A stretch of 63,940 nt of DNA, the filler included, from Sandaracinaceae bacterium (GTDB lineage: Bacteria; Myxococcota_A; Polyangia; Polyangiales; JADJQN01): NCBI GenBank assembly GCA_947483975.1. It is 17 parts of 17 records of this genome, joined end to end, with 100 filler letters (N's around TTAATTAATTAA, not from the genome) between each part and the next. Parts side by side here need not be neighbours in the genome. Positions count along the whole stretch, not along the records: positions 45,916 to 49,562 come from CANKOL010000470.1; positions 49,663 to 53,299 come from CANKOL010000471.1; positions 53,400 to 57,005 come from CANKOL010000472.1; 14 more parts are not named here. One strand, written 5' to 3'. Both the position numbers and the translations under genes were made by a program. The notes under the pieces are model-generated. The model was not told the DNA's origin. It saw only the letters and a list, made by a program, of their open reading frames with translations, and ran no database searches. Below are positions 47,715-57,105 of this stretch, one piece after another. Each line of letters begins with the position of its first letter. The first letter of the stretch is position 1.

Positions 47715-49328
47715 ATGACGTCGCCGCGCTTCGATCGCTCGTTCGTGGACGCGCTCCCCGCTGACCTGAATCCGTCGAACGCGCCGCGTCAGGTGCAGCG
47801 CGCGGCGTACTCGCTCGTCGCGCCGACGCCCGTCTCGTCGCCCTCGCTCGTCGCCGCGAGCGCGGAGATCGCCGCGCTGCTCGGGCTCTCGACGGCGACG
47901 CTCGCCGAGCGCCCTTGGCTCGACGCGCTCAGCGGCAACGGGCTGCTGCCCGGCATGGTCCCGTACGCGAGCTGCTACGGCGGGCATCAGTTCGGACACT
48001 GGGCGGGGCAGCTCGGGGACGGACGCGCGATCACGCTCGGCGCGCTCATCGCGCCCGACGGCGCGCGGCACGAGCTGCAGCTGAAGGGCGCGGGTCCGAC
48101 GCCGTATTCGCGCAGCGCGGACGGCCGCGCGGTGATGCGCAGCTCGGTGCGCGAGTTCCTCTGCAGCGAGGCGATGGCGCACCTCGGCGTGCCGACGACG
48201 CGCGCGCTCTCGCTCGTCGGCACGGGCGACGCGGTGGTGCGCGACGTGATGTACAGCGGCCATCCGCGCCCCGAGCCTGGCGCGATCGTGTGTCGCGTCG
48301 CCCCGACGTTCTTGCGCTTCGGGCACTTCGAGCTGCCCTCGTCGCGCAAAGACCTCTCGCTGCTCCGCGCGCTCGCGGACTACACGATCACCGCGCACTT
48401 TCCCCAGCTGCTCACGGGCACGCGCGCGAGCGCGCTCGACGAGGACGTGCTCGAGGCGTGGCTCGCCGAGATCGTGCGGCGCACCGCGCAGCTGGTGGTT
48501 CACTGGAAGCGCGTGGGCTTCGTTCACGGCGTGATGAACACCGACAATATGTCGATCCTCGGGCTGACGATCGACTACGGGCCGTACGGCTGGCTCGAGG
48601 GCTTCGACCTCGACTGGACGCCGAACACGACCGACGCGCAGGGGCGCCGCTACCGCTACGGCAACCAGGTCGCGGTCGCTTGGTGGAACCTCGTCTCGCT
48701 CGCGCAGGCGCTCGTGCCGCTGTTCGCGACGACCGCCCCGCTCGAGCGCGCGCTCGAGGTCTTCCGCGCGACGCTCGAGCAGCTCGAGCCCGCGATGCTC
48801 GCCTCGAAGCTCGGCCTCGAGACGCTCGAGCAGACCCCCGGCAGCGCGGACGCGGCGCTCGTCGAGGAGCTCTTCGCGCTGCTCTCTGCCACCGAAACCG
48901 ACATGACGATCTTCTTCCGCCGCCTCGCCGAGGTGCGGACGGCGGGCGCCGCAGAGGCGGACGACGCGACCCTCTGCGCGCCGCTCCTCGACGCGTACTA
49001 CGCCCCCGAGGACCTCGACGAGGCGCTCCGCGCGCGCACCGCCCGGTGGCTCCGCGCGTACGCCGCGCGCTGCGAGCGCGAGGGCACGCCCGACGGCCCG
49101 CGGCGCGCGCGGATGAACGCCGTGAACCCGAAATTCGTGCTGCGAAACTACCTCGCGCAGCTCGCGATCGACGGCGCGGAGGCGGGCGATGGGCGCGAGG
49201 TCGAGGCGCTCCTCGAGGTGCTGCGCAGGCCCTACGACGAGCAGCCCGGGCAGGAGCGCTACGCCGAGAAGCGCCCCGAGTGGGCGCGCCATCGCGTCGG
49301 CTGCTCGATGCTCTCGTGCAGCTCGTGA
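47715..49328 (+). CDS. selO: Protein adenylyltransferase SelO/YdiU
   Basis: YGGHQFG, GQLGDGRA, LKGAGPTPYSR, HGVMNTDN, C-terminal CSMLSCSS. Confidence 0.95.
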   Translation: MTSPRFDRSFVDALPADLNPSNAPRQVQRAAYSLVAPTPVSSPSLVAASAEIAALLGLSTATLAERPWLDALSGNGLLPGMVPYASCYGGHQFGHWAGQLGDGRAITLGALIAPDGARHELQLKGAGPTPYSRSADGRAVMRSSVREFLCSEAMAHLGVPTTRALSLVGTGDAVVRDVMYSGHPRPEPGAIVCRVAPTFLRFGHFELPSSRKDLSLLRALADYTITAHFPQLLTGTRASALDEDVLEAWLAEIVRRTAQLVVHWKRVGFVHGVMNTDNMSILGLTIDYGPYGWLEGFDLDWTPNTTDAQGRRYRYGNQVAVAWWNLVSLAQALVPLFATTAPLERALEVFRATLEQLEPAMLASKLGLETLEQTPGSADAALVEELFALLSATETDMTIFFRRLAEVRTAGAAEADDATLCAPLLDAYYAPEDLDEALRARTARWLRAYAARCEREGTPDGPRRARMNAVNPKFVLRNYLAQLAIDGAEAGDGREVEALLEVLRRPYDEQPGQERYAEKRPEWARHRVGCSMLSCSS

Positions 49329-49378
49329 AGGCTCGCCGCGCTGATGACGCGGCGCGGGCCGCGCGCTAGACCAGCGCC

Positions 49379-49562
49379 ATGACGACGGCCGACTGGCTCT
49401 CCGAGCGAGAAGTGGAGGCCGCGAACACCGCGCGCGATCGCGGCCGCACGGCCCGGCTGCTCGGGATGCTGCGCGACCCGGCGCTGCCCGAGCCGCTGCG
49501 TCGCTCGACCGTCGCGGCGCTCGCGTGGACCGACGACCCGCGCGCGTACGGCCCGCTCCGCG
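49379..49562 (+). CDS. Hypothetical protein, possible HEAT-like repeat, N-terminal fragment
   Basis: LRRSTVAALAWTDDPRAYGPL; truncated. Confidence 0.45.
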
Positions 49563-49675
49563 NNNNNNNNNNNNNNNNNNNNNNNNNNNNNNNNNNNNNN
49601 NNNNNNTTAATTAATTAANNNNNNNNNNNNNNNNNNNNNNNNNNNNNNNNNNNNNNNNNNNNGAGTCGTCGAGTC

Positions 49676-49788
49676 GCCGCGATCGCCGAGCGTACGGCGG
49701 CCTCCGCGCGTCGGCCGCGATCGCCGAGCGTACGGCGGCCTCCGCGCGTCGGCCGACCGCGGAGCGTACGGCGGCCTCCGCGCGTCGG
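49676..49788. repeat. Three 36-38-bp tandem repeats downstream of the aldehyde dehydrogenase stop
   Basis: gagcgtacggcggcctccgcgcgtcgg at 49688, 49726, 49762. Confidence 0.85.
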
Positions 49789-49790
49789 GC

Positions 49791-51533
49791 TCAGCCGCCC
49801 TTCAACACGCCGAGCGCGATCGCGGGCACCTTCAGCCAGCTCGGGTGCGCCTCCATCTCCACGAGCTTCTCGCCGACGCTGTGCGCGTTCTTGTGCGTGA
49901 CGAACCACGGCGGCTTCGGCGAGGCGGTCAGCGGCGCGCGGAGCACGCACTTCTCGATCCCCTCGAGCATGAACGTGTTGTGCACCCAGCCGAGCCCGCC
50001 CTGGATGTCCTCGGGCGTCGAGGTCGGGTGCGCGCCCCACGGCGGCGTCACGAGCCCGTAGACGAGCCCCGTCCACACGTTCACGCCGACGGCCCCGTAG
50101 CGCAGCTCCGCGATCGTCCGCTCGAGCGCGTCGCCGACGCCCGGCTGACTCTGCGTCTTCGGGTGGATCATCAGCACCGCGCTCAGCGTGCCCCAGAGCC
50201 GCTCGTTGCAGAACGTCGTCGCCGCCGCGAGGAACCTCGCGGGCTCCGCCTCGTCGAGCGTCGTCTCGCTCAAGATCGGACAGAACGGCTCCGTGACGAA
50301 GAGCGTCTCGCTCGCGTCCTTCGAGTCGAGCCCGAAGATCAGCGTCCACGGCAGCTCGCCCTCGCTCGCCTCGCCGAGCTTCTCGACCTGATCGTGGCCC
50401 GCCGTCAGCGCCTTCCAGCGGTCGAACGCGCCCGGATAGTAGGCCTTGCGCGGTCGCTGCGCGGAGAGCACCGCGCGCACTCGCCCGAGGAAGTCCTTGC
50501 GCTGCGGCCACGCGCCCGAGGTCACGAGCATCTTGCCCGCGTTGCAGTTGCAGCTCGCGTTGTTGGTCACCATCGAGGCGACGTTCTCCGCGGTGAACTG
50601 CAGCTCCGAGTCGCTGAACACCCCCGGCACGATCACGACGGGCGTCACGCAGCCGAGCTCGCTTGAGATGGGCTTCTTCAGCAAGGGATCGTGCTCGGTC
50701 TTTCTGCGGTCGCGCTCCGGGCCGGGCGGTCCCCACACGATGAGGTCGTGCGTGCGATCGGAGCCCGTGATGTGCACGTCGTCGACGAGCGCGTGCGAGC
50801 AGAGGTACGCGCCCTCCTCGCCGCCTCCGCGCACGAATTGTAAGTAGCCCGCGTCGACGAGCGGCTGGAGCGAGCGCCCGTAGTGCTGCTCGAGGTACTC
50901 GTTGACGGGGTTCATCTTCACGAGGCACACGCAGCCGTCGACGAACATCTTGTAGAGCGCGTCCATCGGCGCGATCGACCCCACATTGCCCGCGCCGAGC
51001 ACGAGCGAGACGCGCCCCTCCGGGCTCTTCTTCCCGTAGAACGAGCCCGCCTTCGCGCGCACATCGGCCGCGCTCAGGCCCTTCTCCATGCGCACGGTCG
51101 CGGTGATGCCGGCGTAGAGCGCCTTGTCCATCGCGCTGTTCGGGAACACGCGCACCTGCGTGACGCCGTCGTCGGCGAGCGAGAAGCGCGCGTCGTCGAG
51201 CGGCACCTTCCCCGTCTTGGCGATCTCCTCGAGCATCTCCGCGAAGAGGCGCACGTTGCGCACCGTCGTCATCGGCCCCGCGGCCCACTCCTCGAACGCG
51301 TGCGGCGCGCTCATCGAGAGGCCCTTCGCGGCGACGGCGGCGGTCGTCCACGCCCGCGCCTCCGCCAGCGTCGTCTCGACGCACGCGCGCAGCAGCTTCG
51401 CCTTCTCCGCGGGGCTCAGCCGCGCGAACGGCGTCGCCTTCGCCTTCAGCGCGGCGAGCGCCTCATCGAGCCGAGGGTGCGGGGTCGCGGCCGTGCTCTG
51501 CGCCGAGGCGCTCATCGCGAGAGAAGAGGACAT
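49791..51533 (-). CDS. Aldehyde dehydrogenase family protein
   Basis: LGAGN, HITGS, SELGCVTP (Glu), NASCNC (Cys), TEPF. Confidence 0.88.
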   Translation of the reverse strand: MSSSLAMSASAQSTAATPHPRLDEALAALKAKATPFARLSPAEKAKLLRACVETTLAEARAWTTAAVAAKGLSMSAPHAFEEWAAGPMTTVRNVRLFAEMLEEIAKTGKVPLDDARFSLADDGVTQVRVFPNSAMDKALYAGITATVRMEKGLSAADVRAKAGSFYGKKSPEGRVSLVLGAGNVGSIAPMDALYKMFVDGCVCLVKMNPVNEYLEQHYGRSLQPLVDAGYLQFVRGGGEEGAYLCSHALVDDVHITGSDRTHDLIVWGPPGPERDRRKTEHDPLLKKPISSELGCVTPVVIVPGVFSDSELQFTAENVASMVTNNASCNCNAGKMLVTSGAWPQRKDFLGRVRAVLSAQRPRKAYYPGAFDRWKALTAGHDQVEKLGEASEGELPWTLIFGLDSKDASETLFVTEPFCPILSETTLDEAEPARFLAAATTFCNERLWGTLSAVLMIHPKTQSQPGVGDALERTIAELRYGAVGVNVWTGLVYGLVTPPWGAHPTSTPEDIQGGLGWVHNTFMLEGIEKCVLRAPLTASPKPPWFVTHKNAHSVGEKLVEMEAHPSWLKVPAIALGVLKGG

Positions 51534-51545
51534 CGCGCGACCGTA

Positions 51546-52004
51546 TCACGCGCGCACGACCAGGTATTCCGGCGGGATCGCAGACTCCGGCGTCTCCTCG
51601 TCCCAGGCGAGCCCGGACACACGCCAGCCGCTCTCGTCGGCGAAGAGCTGGATGCTGTTGATGCCCCGGGCGAACGGCGCCTCGTCGAGCCCGCGACTCG
51701 CCTCGTACGTGCTGAACACGTGCGCGATCGCGCCGAACCGCTCCGTGCGCCGCGCGACCTCCCGCTCGTAGAACGCCCGCGTCGCGAGGTTCCCCGCGGC
51801 GGCGCTGACGAAGCCCTCGACGTCGAGCAGCTGTGGCGTGAGCCCCTCGACGCCGCGATCTACCCGGATCAAGCGCGCGCCTGGCAGAAACAGCGACCGG
51901 AAGCGCTCCCAGTCGCGGTCGCCCGCCGGCCCGCTGAGCGTGTCGTAGAGCGCCGCGACGAGCGCGTCGATCGTGCGCCGGTCCTCGTGCTCGCGGCTCA
52001 GCAC
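51546..52004 (-). CDS. NTF2/SnoaL-like hypothetical protein
   Basis: LYDTLSGPAG.RDWERFRSLF, AHVFSTYE, RGINSIQL. Confidence 0.75.
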   Translation of the reverse strand: MLSREHEDRRTIDALVAALYDTLSGPAGDRDWERFRSLFLPGARLIRVDRGVEGLTPQLLDVEGFVSAAAGNLATRAFYEREVARRTERFGAIAHVFSTYEASRGLDEAPFARGINSIQLFADESGWRVSGLAWDEETPESAIPPEYLVVRA

Positions 52005-52011
52005 CGGAGGC

Positions 52012-53299
52012 TCATGGCGTGTACTTCGCGAGGCTCGCCGCGACGCCGCGCAGGTCGCTGAGCGCCGTCGCCTCGGGCCCCGGCTTGAGCGTGTCGAGCT
52101 CCCCGAGCGCGAGCAGCCCGTGATCGCGCAGCGCTTGGATCGCCGTCTCGAGCTTCGGGCGCGAGAGCGACTCGCCCAGCTCGATCTCGCCCGCGAGGAA
52201 CATCCGCTGCCCGATCGCGAGCGTCTTCTTCAGCCACTCCTTGCGGCCGAGCGGCGCCTCGAGCAGCAACTCCGCGCCGCGGAGCGCGACGCGATAGCTC
52301 TCGAAGTACGTCCGCAGCAGCTCGGCATAGGTCGCGAGGCGGTGCCCCGCGCGCCCGCCCGCCGGGCGCACGTGATCGGCGAGGCGCTCGACCTCGCCCG
52401 CGGCGAGCAGCCCGCTCAGCGCGTCCTCGAAGATGTCGTCGAAGGGCGCGTCCGCGCGGTACATGAACTCGAACTTGAAGAGCCGCGAGAGCCGCCGCAC
52501 GCGCTCCTTCAGGACCGTCTCCGAGACCGGCTCCGTGTCGTCGAGCAGCAGCGCCGACGCGATCAGCGCGTTCGGTACGAAGAAGTGCAGGATGTTGTTC
52601 TTGTAGTACTCGAGCGCGAGGCGCCGGTCGTGCGGCACGCTGTAGATCGGCTCGGCCGAGTGCGTCCCGTCCGCCTGATGCTCGACGATCAGCTTCGCGT
52701 CGAGGAAGAGATGGATCGTCTCGCGCACGGCCTCTTCGCGCAGCTGCCCGTTCGCGTCGAGGATCGGCGGCGCGAGCGGCGCGCCGAGGCGCTCGAGCGT
52801 CGAGAGGATCGTGCGCGCCTGCTCGACGAGGTCCTTCTCGACGATGCCGCGGTGCCGGTTGGTCAGGAGCGCCGTCGCGACGAGCGCCGCGGGCGTCGCG
52901 ATCGTCACGCGATCGATCTCGTGCGTGATCTGATGGGCGACCCGCTGCACGAGCCCGCGGCGCTGCGGCGGCGTGAGCTCGCGGTTCACCTCGCCCGTGT
53001 CCGCGTCGACGCCCGCGACCTCGCGCACGATGTCGTCGAACTTGAGCACCTCGCCGAACTGGATGTAGAGCCGCCCGTAGCGCGAGCGGAGCGTCTTCGA
53101 GGAGTTCAGGAGCCCGACCGCGTTCTCCGCCTTCTTCTCGCCGCCGCCGAGCTCATGCACGTACGAGCGCTCCTCGATGATCCGCTCGTAGCCCACGCTG
53201 ATCGGCACGAAGTACGTCGGCCGCTGCCGCAGCTCGAGCGCCGCGTCGATGATCATCGAGAGCAGCCCGAGCTTCGGCGCGAGCAGCTTGCCGGTGCGC
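52012..53299 (-). CDS. plsB: Glycerol-3-phosphate acyltransferase, C-terminal part
   Basis: RTGKLLAPKLGLL, FVPISVGYE, ELGGGEKKAE, LEYYKNNILHFF. Confidence 0.85.
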
Positions 53300-53399
53300 N
53301 NNNNNNNNNNNNNNNNNNNNNNNNNNNNNNNNNNNNNNNNNNNTTAATTAATTAANNNNNNNNNNNNNNNNNNNNNNNNNNNNNNNNNNNNNNNNNNNN

Positions 53400-53619
53400 C
53401 GCCGCGGGCGTCGCGCGCCGCCCAGCTCGTGCGCATCACGAGCACGCTGTCGCCGTCGGGCTGCATCGTCTCGCTCGCCCACGCTGCGCTCGGGCCCGCC
53501 TGGGGCGGCCCTTCACCCGGCCCGGGCTGGGCCGCGATGACCGCGGGCGACGCCCACGAGAGGGACGCGAACATCACGGTGAGCACACCGTAGGCGGCAG
53601 CAGGGCGAGCGCGGGTCAT
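53400..53619 (-). CDS. Hypothetical secreted protein, N-terminal fragment
   Basis: Signal-peptide-like N-terminus; truncated. Confidence 0.4.
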
Positions 53620-53748
53620 GCCTCATGTAGCCACGAGAAGCGCGGATGTGACCAGCCCGGCGCGCGAGGGCCTTGACGCGGACCGTCTCCGACTCGATTT
53701 GTACAGCCCAGCGCGCCGACCGAGAGGTGACGCGCATCGGAGGAAGCC

Positions 53749-54681
53749 TTGTCGTCACGTTCGAAGCAGCCGTCGGAGTCGAGTCGAGAGTCGTCCTGGA
53801 GCCCGCGCGTCGCCGTGGTGGCGCTCGCTGCGTGGGGGGCGTTCGCCTTCGCTGCCCCCGCCGCGGCGCAGCAGGCGACGACCGCGGCGCAGCAGGCGAC
53901 CGTGCAGCAAATGCAGGCCGCCGGCGCGGGCGCGCAGATGGACGTGGAGGCGCGTGAGCACTTCCGGGTCGCGCAGCCGCTCTACGAGTCGGGGCGTTTC
54001 GCCGAGGCGGCGCGCGAATTCGAGGCCGCCTACCAGCTCTCGCACCGGCCGGAGCTGCTGTTCAACGTCTACGTGGCCAACCGGGACGCCAACGACCTCG
54101 ACAAGGCGGTGCCCGCGCTTCGAGCCTATCTCGCCGCGATGCCCACGACGCTCCCCGGTCGCGTCAACCTCGAGGCGCGGCTGAGCGCGATGGACGCGAC
54201 GCTCGCCGAGCGCGCGAGCGCTGCGCAGGCGAGCGCGGAGCAGGCAGCCGCCGTAGCCGCTGCGCAGCAGCGCGCGGCCGACGCCGAGGCCGCGCAGCAT
54301 CAGGCGGAGCGCGTCGCTCGCGCGCGTCCGAGCGCCGGCTTTCAGGTCTCGATCCCCGGGGTCGTCGTCGGTGGAGTCGGCGTCGCGGCGGCGCTCAGCG
54401 GCTTCGTCGTCGGTGCGTTGGCGCTCGGCAAGGTGTCGGACCTCGAGTCGGTCTGTCCCGCCAACGTCTGCCCGGCGTCGGCGCGCGGCACCTACGACTC
54501 CGCGCAGACCCTCGTCACGGCCTCGGATGTCCTGATCATCGGCGGCGCAGTGCTCGCGGTCGGCGGGCTCGCGATGGTGCTCCTCGGAGTCGGCGCGCCG
54601 AGCGACGACGGTGCAGGCGCGAGCGCGATGGCGTCGTGTGGACCGACCGGCTGCCTCGCCGGCGTCTCGGGGAGGTTCTGA
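53749..54681 (+). CDS. TPR-containing exported/membrane protein (start uncertain)
   Basis: AREHF...GRFAEAAREFEAAYQLS.RPELLFN; Gly-rich hydrophobic C-terminus ending GRF. Confidence 0.8.
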   Translation: MSSRSKQPSESSRESSWSPRVAVVALAAWGAFAFAAPAAAQQATTAAQQATVQQMQAAGAGAQMDVEAREHFRVAQPLYESGRFAEAAREFEAAYQLSHRPELLFNVYVANRDANDLDKAVPALRAYLAAMPTTLPGRVNLEARLSAMDATLAERASAAQASAEQAAAVAAAQQRAADAEAAQHQAERVARARPSAGFQVSIPGVVVGGVGVAAALSGFVVGALALGKVSDLESVCPANVCPASARGTYDSAQTLVTASDVLIIGGAVLAVGGLAMVLLGVGAPSDDGAGASAMASCGPTGCLAGVSGRF

Positions 54682-55463
54682 TGCGTGCTCGTGAATGGAC
54701 CGCAGCGCTCGCTGCGGGGCTCGTGTGTGCGCTGCTCGCGCCAGGTTGCTTCGCCGTCGCGAACCTCGACCGCTTCGAGATCGAGCCCCCCGCCTGCACC
54801 GGCAACGCGACGATCACGCGCGACTACCACTGGAACGTCAGCGAGATCGTGCCGCATGTGCGCGAGCTCTTCGAGATGAAGGTAGTCGACACGAGCAGCC
54901 AGCGCGTCGTGGCGGCCATCGTCTACGACCCCATCCCGGACGTCACGCCGGCGACCCTCGAGGGGACGCTGCGCGATGCGCTCCCGCCAGGCAGCTACGT
55001 GGCGCGCTTCTGGGGCGATCACTCGCACGACCGCTTGTTCGAGCCGAGCCCAGCCGACCACGCGTGGATTCAGCCGGTGCCCGAGAACGGCTGCTTCTCG
55101 TTCGTCCACGCGGGGCCCTTCGACGCCGACATTTCGCCCATCGATCACCCGATGAAGGGCAACTTGAGCGTGCGCCTCACGAGCGTGGGCGCGTTCGCCG
55201 GCAAGCCGCTGATCTTTCACGCGAGCGACCAGTCGGAGGCGCAGGTTGGCTACTACCGCCTCGGTGCGCTCCCCACGGACGTGAGCACGGCGCCCGACCT
55301 GACCCTCTTCGACCTCGCGGTCCTCGACACGACCTACACGATCGACGCCTTCGTCGACCTCGACGGCGATGGGCTCGAGAGCGCCGGGGACCCGGTGTTC
55401 GCGCCCCCGCCGCAGGGCGCGACCTTGTCGACCGTGTTCGAGCTCGACCTCGGCCCGCCCTGA
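54681..55463 (+). CDS. Hypothetical lipoprotein
   Basis: GGAGG RBS, TGATG coupling, lipobox APGC. Confidence 0.7.
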   Translation: MRAREWTAALAAGLVCALLAPGCFAVANLDRFEIEPPACTGNATITRDYHWNVSEIVPHVRELFEMKVVDTSSQRVVAAIVYDPIPDVTPATLEGTLRDALPPGSYVARFWGDHSHDRLFEPSPADHAWIQPVPENGCFSFVHAGPFDADISPIDHPMKGNLSVRLTSVGAFAGKPLIFHASDQSEAQVGYYRLGALPTDVSTAPDLTLFDLAVLDTTYTIDAFVDLDGDGLESAGDPVFAPPPQGATLSTVFELDLGPP

Positions 55464-55532
55464 CGCGCAGCCGGCCCCGCGACCCGCGCGGAGCCGGCGC
55501 GCATCGTTCCTCACGCCCCGGCGGCGCAGCCG

Positions 55533-56567
55533 TCAGGCCGCCGCAGCCTCGGCCTCGGCGTCCGGCAGCGAGTCCGCCGCCGACGCCTTCGTCGCCCGCA
55601 CCGCGGTCTCGAGCGCGTCGCGGAGCGCGACGTTCTCGAGCAGCGCCGCGCGCGTCTTCTCGCGCCCCTGCCCGAGGTTGTCGCCGCGGAACGAGAAGTA
55701 CGCGCCGGCCTTCTCGACGACCTTGCGGGACACCGCGAGGTCGAGCAGGTCGCCGATCGCGTCGATCCCGAGCCCGTAGCGGATGTCGAACTCGATGGTG
55801 CGGAACGGCGGCGCCAGCTTGTTCTTCACGACCTTCACCTTGGTGCGGTTCCCGACGAGCTCCTCGCCGTTCTTGAGCTGCCCGATGCGCCGCACATCGA
55901 GCCGCACCGACGCGTAGTACTTCAGCGCGTTGCCGCCCGTCGTCGTCTCCGGCGAGCCGAACATCACGCCGATCTTCATGCGCAGCTGGTTGATGAACAT
56001 GATCGTGCAGCCGGTGCGGTGCGTGATGCCGGTCAGCTTCCTGAGCGCCTGGCTCATCAGGCGCGCCTGCAGCCCCATGTGCTGATCGCCCATCTCGCCG
56101 TCGATCTCCGCCTGCGGCACGAGCGCCGCGACGGAGTCCACGACGACGAGATCGACGGCGCCCGAGCGCACGAGCGTCTCGACGATCTCGAGCGCCTGCT
56201 CGCCGGTGTCCGGCTGGCTGACGAGCAGCTTGCCGATGTCTACGCCGAGGCGCTGCGCGTAGGTGACGTCGAGCGCGTGCTCGGCATCGACGAACGCCGC
56301 GATGCCGCCCGCGCGCTGGCACTCGGCGATGGCGTGCAGCGTCAGCGTCGTCTTGCCGCTCGCCTCGGGCCCGTAGATCTCGACGACGCGCCCGCGCGGG
56401 TAGCCGCCACAACCGAGCGCCGCGTCGAGCGACGGCGAGCCTGAGCCGATCACCGGCACCTGCTCCGCCTCTCGGTCCCCGAGCGCCATGATCGCGCCCT
56501 TGCCGAACTGCTTCTCGATCGTCGCGATCGCCGCCTGCACTGCCTTCAGCTTCTCTTTCATGGACAT
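55533..56567 (-). CDS. recA: Recombinase RecA
   Basis: [49 protein letters not shown]. Confidence 0.98.
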   Translation of the reverse strand: MSMKEKLKAVQAAIATIEKQFGKGAIMALGDREAEQVPVIGSGSPSLDAALGCGGYPRGRVVEIYGPEASGKTTLTLHAIAECQRAGGIAAFVDAEHALDVTYAQRLGVDIGKLLVSQPDTGEQALEIVETLVRSGAVDLVVVDSVAALVPQAEIDGEMGDQHMGLQARLMSQALRKLTGITHRTGCTIMFINQLRMKIGVMFGSPETTTGGNALKYYASVRLDVRRIGQLKNGEELVGNRTKVKVVKNKLAPPFRTIEFDIRYGLGIDAIGDLLDLAVSRKVVEKAGAYFSFRGDNLGQGREKTRAALLENVALRDALETAVRATKASAADSLPDAEAEAAAA

Positions 56568-56636
56568 GGTTCTGCTCTCTTTCTCGTGATTTCCGATGAC
56601 GAACGTTGCTCGATGACGCCGGCCCTCTGCCGACGA

Positions 56637-56704
56637 CAGGGCGCGCGCTGCGCCCACCCACTCAGGGCGCGCTGCGCCCACGAACTCAGGACGCGCTGCG
56701 CGCA
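56637..56704. repeat. Three ~24-bp direct repeats between comM and recA
   Basis: cagggcgcgcgctgcgccca, cagggcgcgctgcgccca, caggacgcgctgcgcgca. Confidence 0.7.
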
Positions 56705-57005
56705 GAGGCGCGCGCGACGGGCCGCTCGAGGTGCCGGTCGAGCACGCGGTAGGCGAGGGCCTCGGCGACGTGCGCGTCCCAGACGAGCGGCGTGCCCTCG
56801 AGGTCAGCGACGGTGCGCGCGACGCGCAGCACCTTCGCGTAAGCGCGCGCCGAGAGGCCGAGTCGCTCGGTCGCCTCGTCGAGCAGGCGCAGCGCCTCCG
56901 GTCGCACATCGCGCGCGAGCGCCTCGAGCGGATCGCTCGGCGCTGGCCCCTGCACGCGCGCTCGCTCCCGCGCGAACTCGCGCGACGCCTCGACCCGCGT
57001 CCGCA
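56686..57005 (-). CDS. comM: YifB/ComM Mg-chelatase-like ATPase, C-terminal fragment
   Basis: [21 protein letters not shown]...HVAEALAYR. Confidence 0.85.
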
Positions 57006-57105
57006 NNNNNNNNNNNNNNNNNNNNNNNNNNNNNNNNNNNNNNNNNNNNTTAATTAATTAANNNNNNNNNNNNNNNNNNNNNNNNNNNNNNNNNNNNNNN
57101 NNNNN

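Noticed and set aside
56568..56690. LexA box upstream of recA
   Set aside because: CTG...CAG spacing is 12 rather than the 11 of the Myxococcus box, and the GTTCAG half-site is absent.
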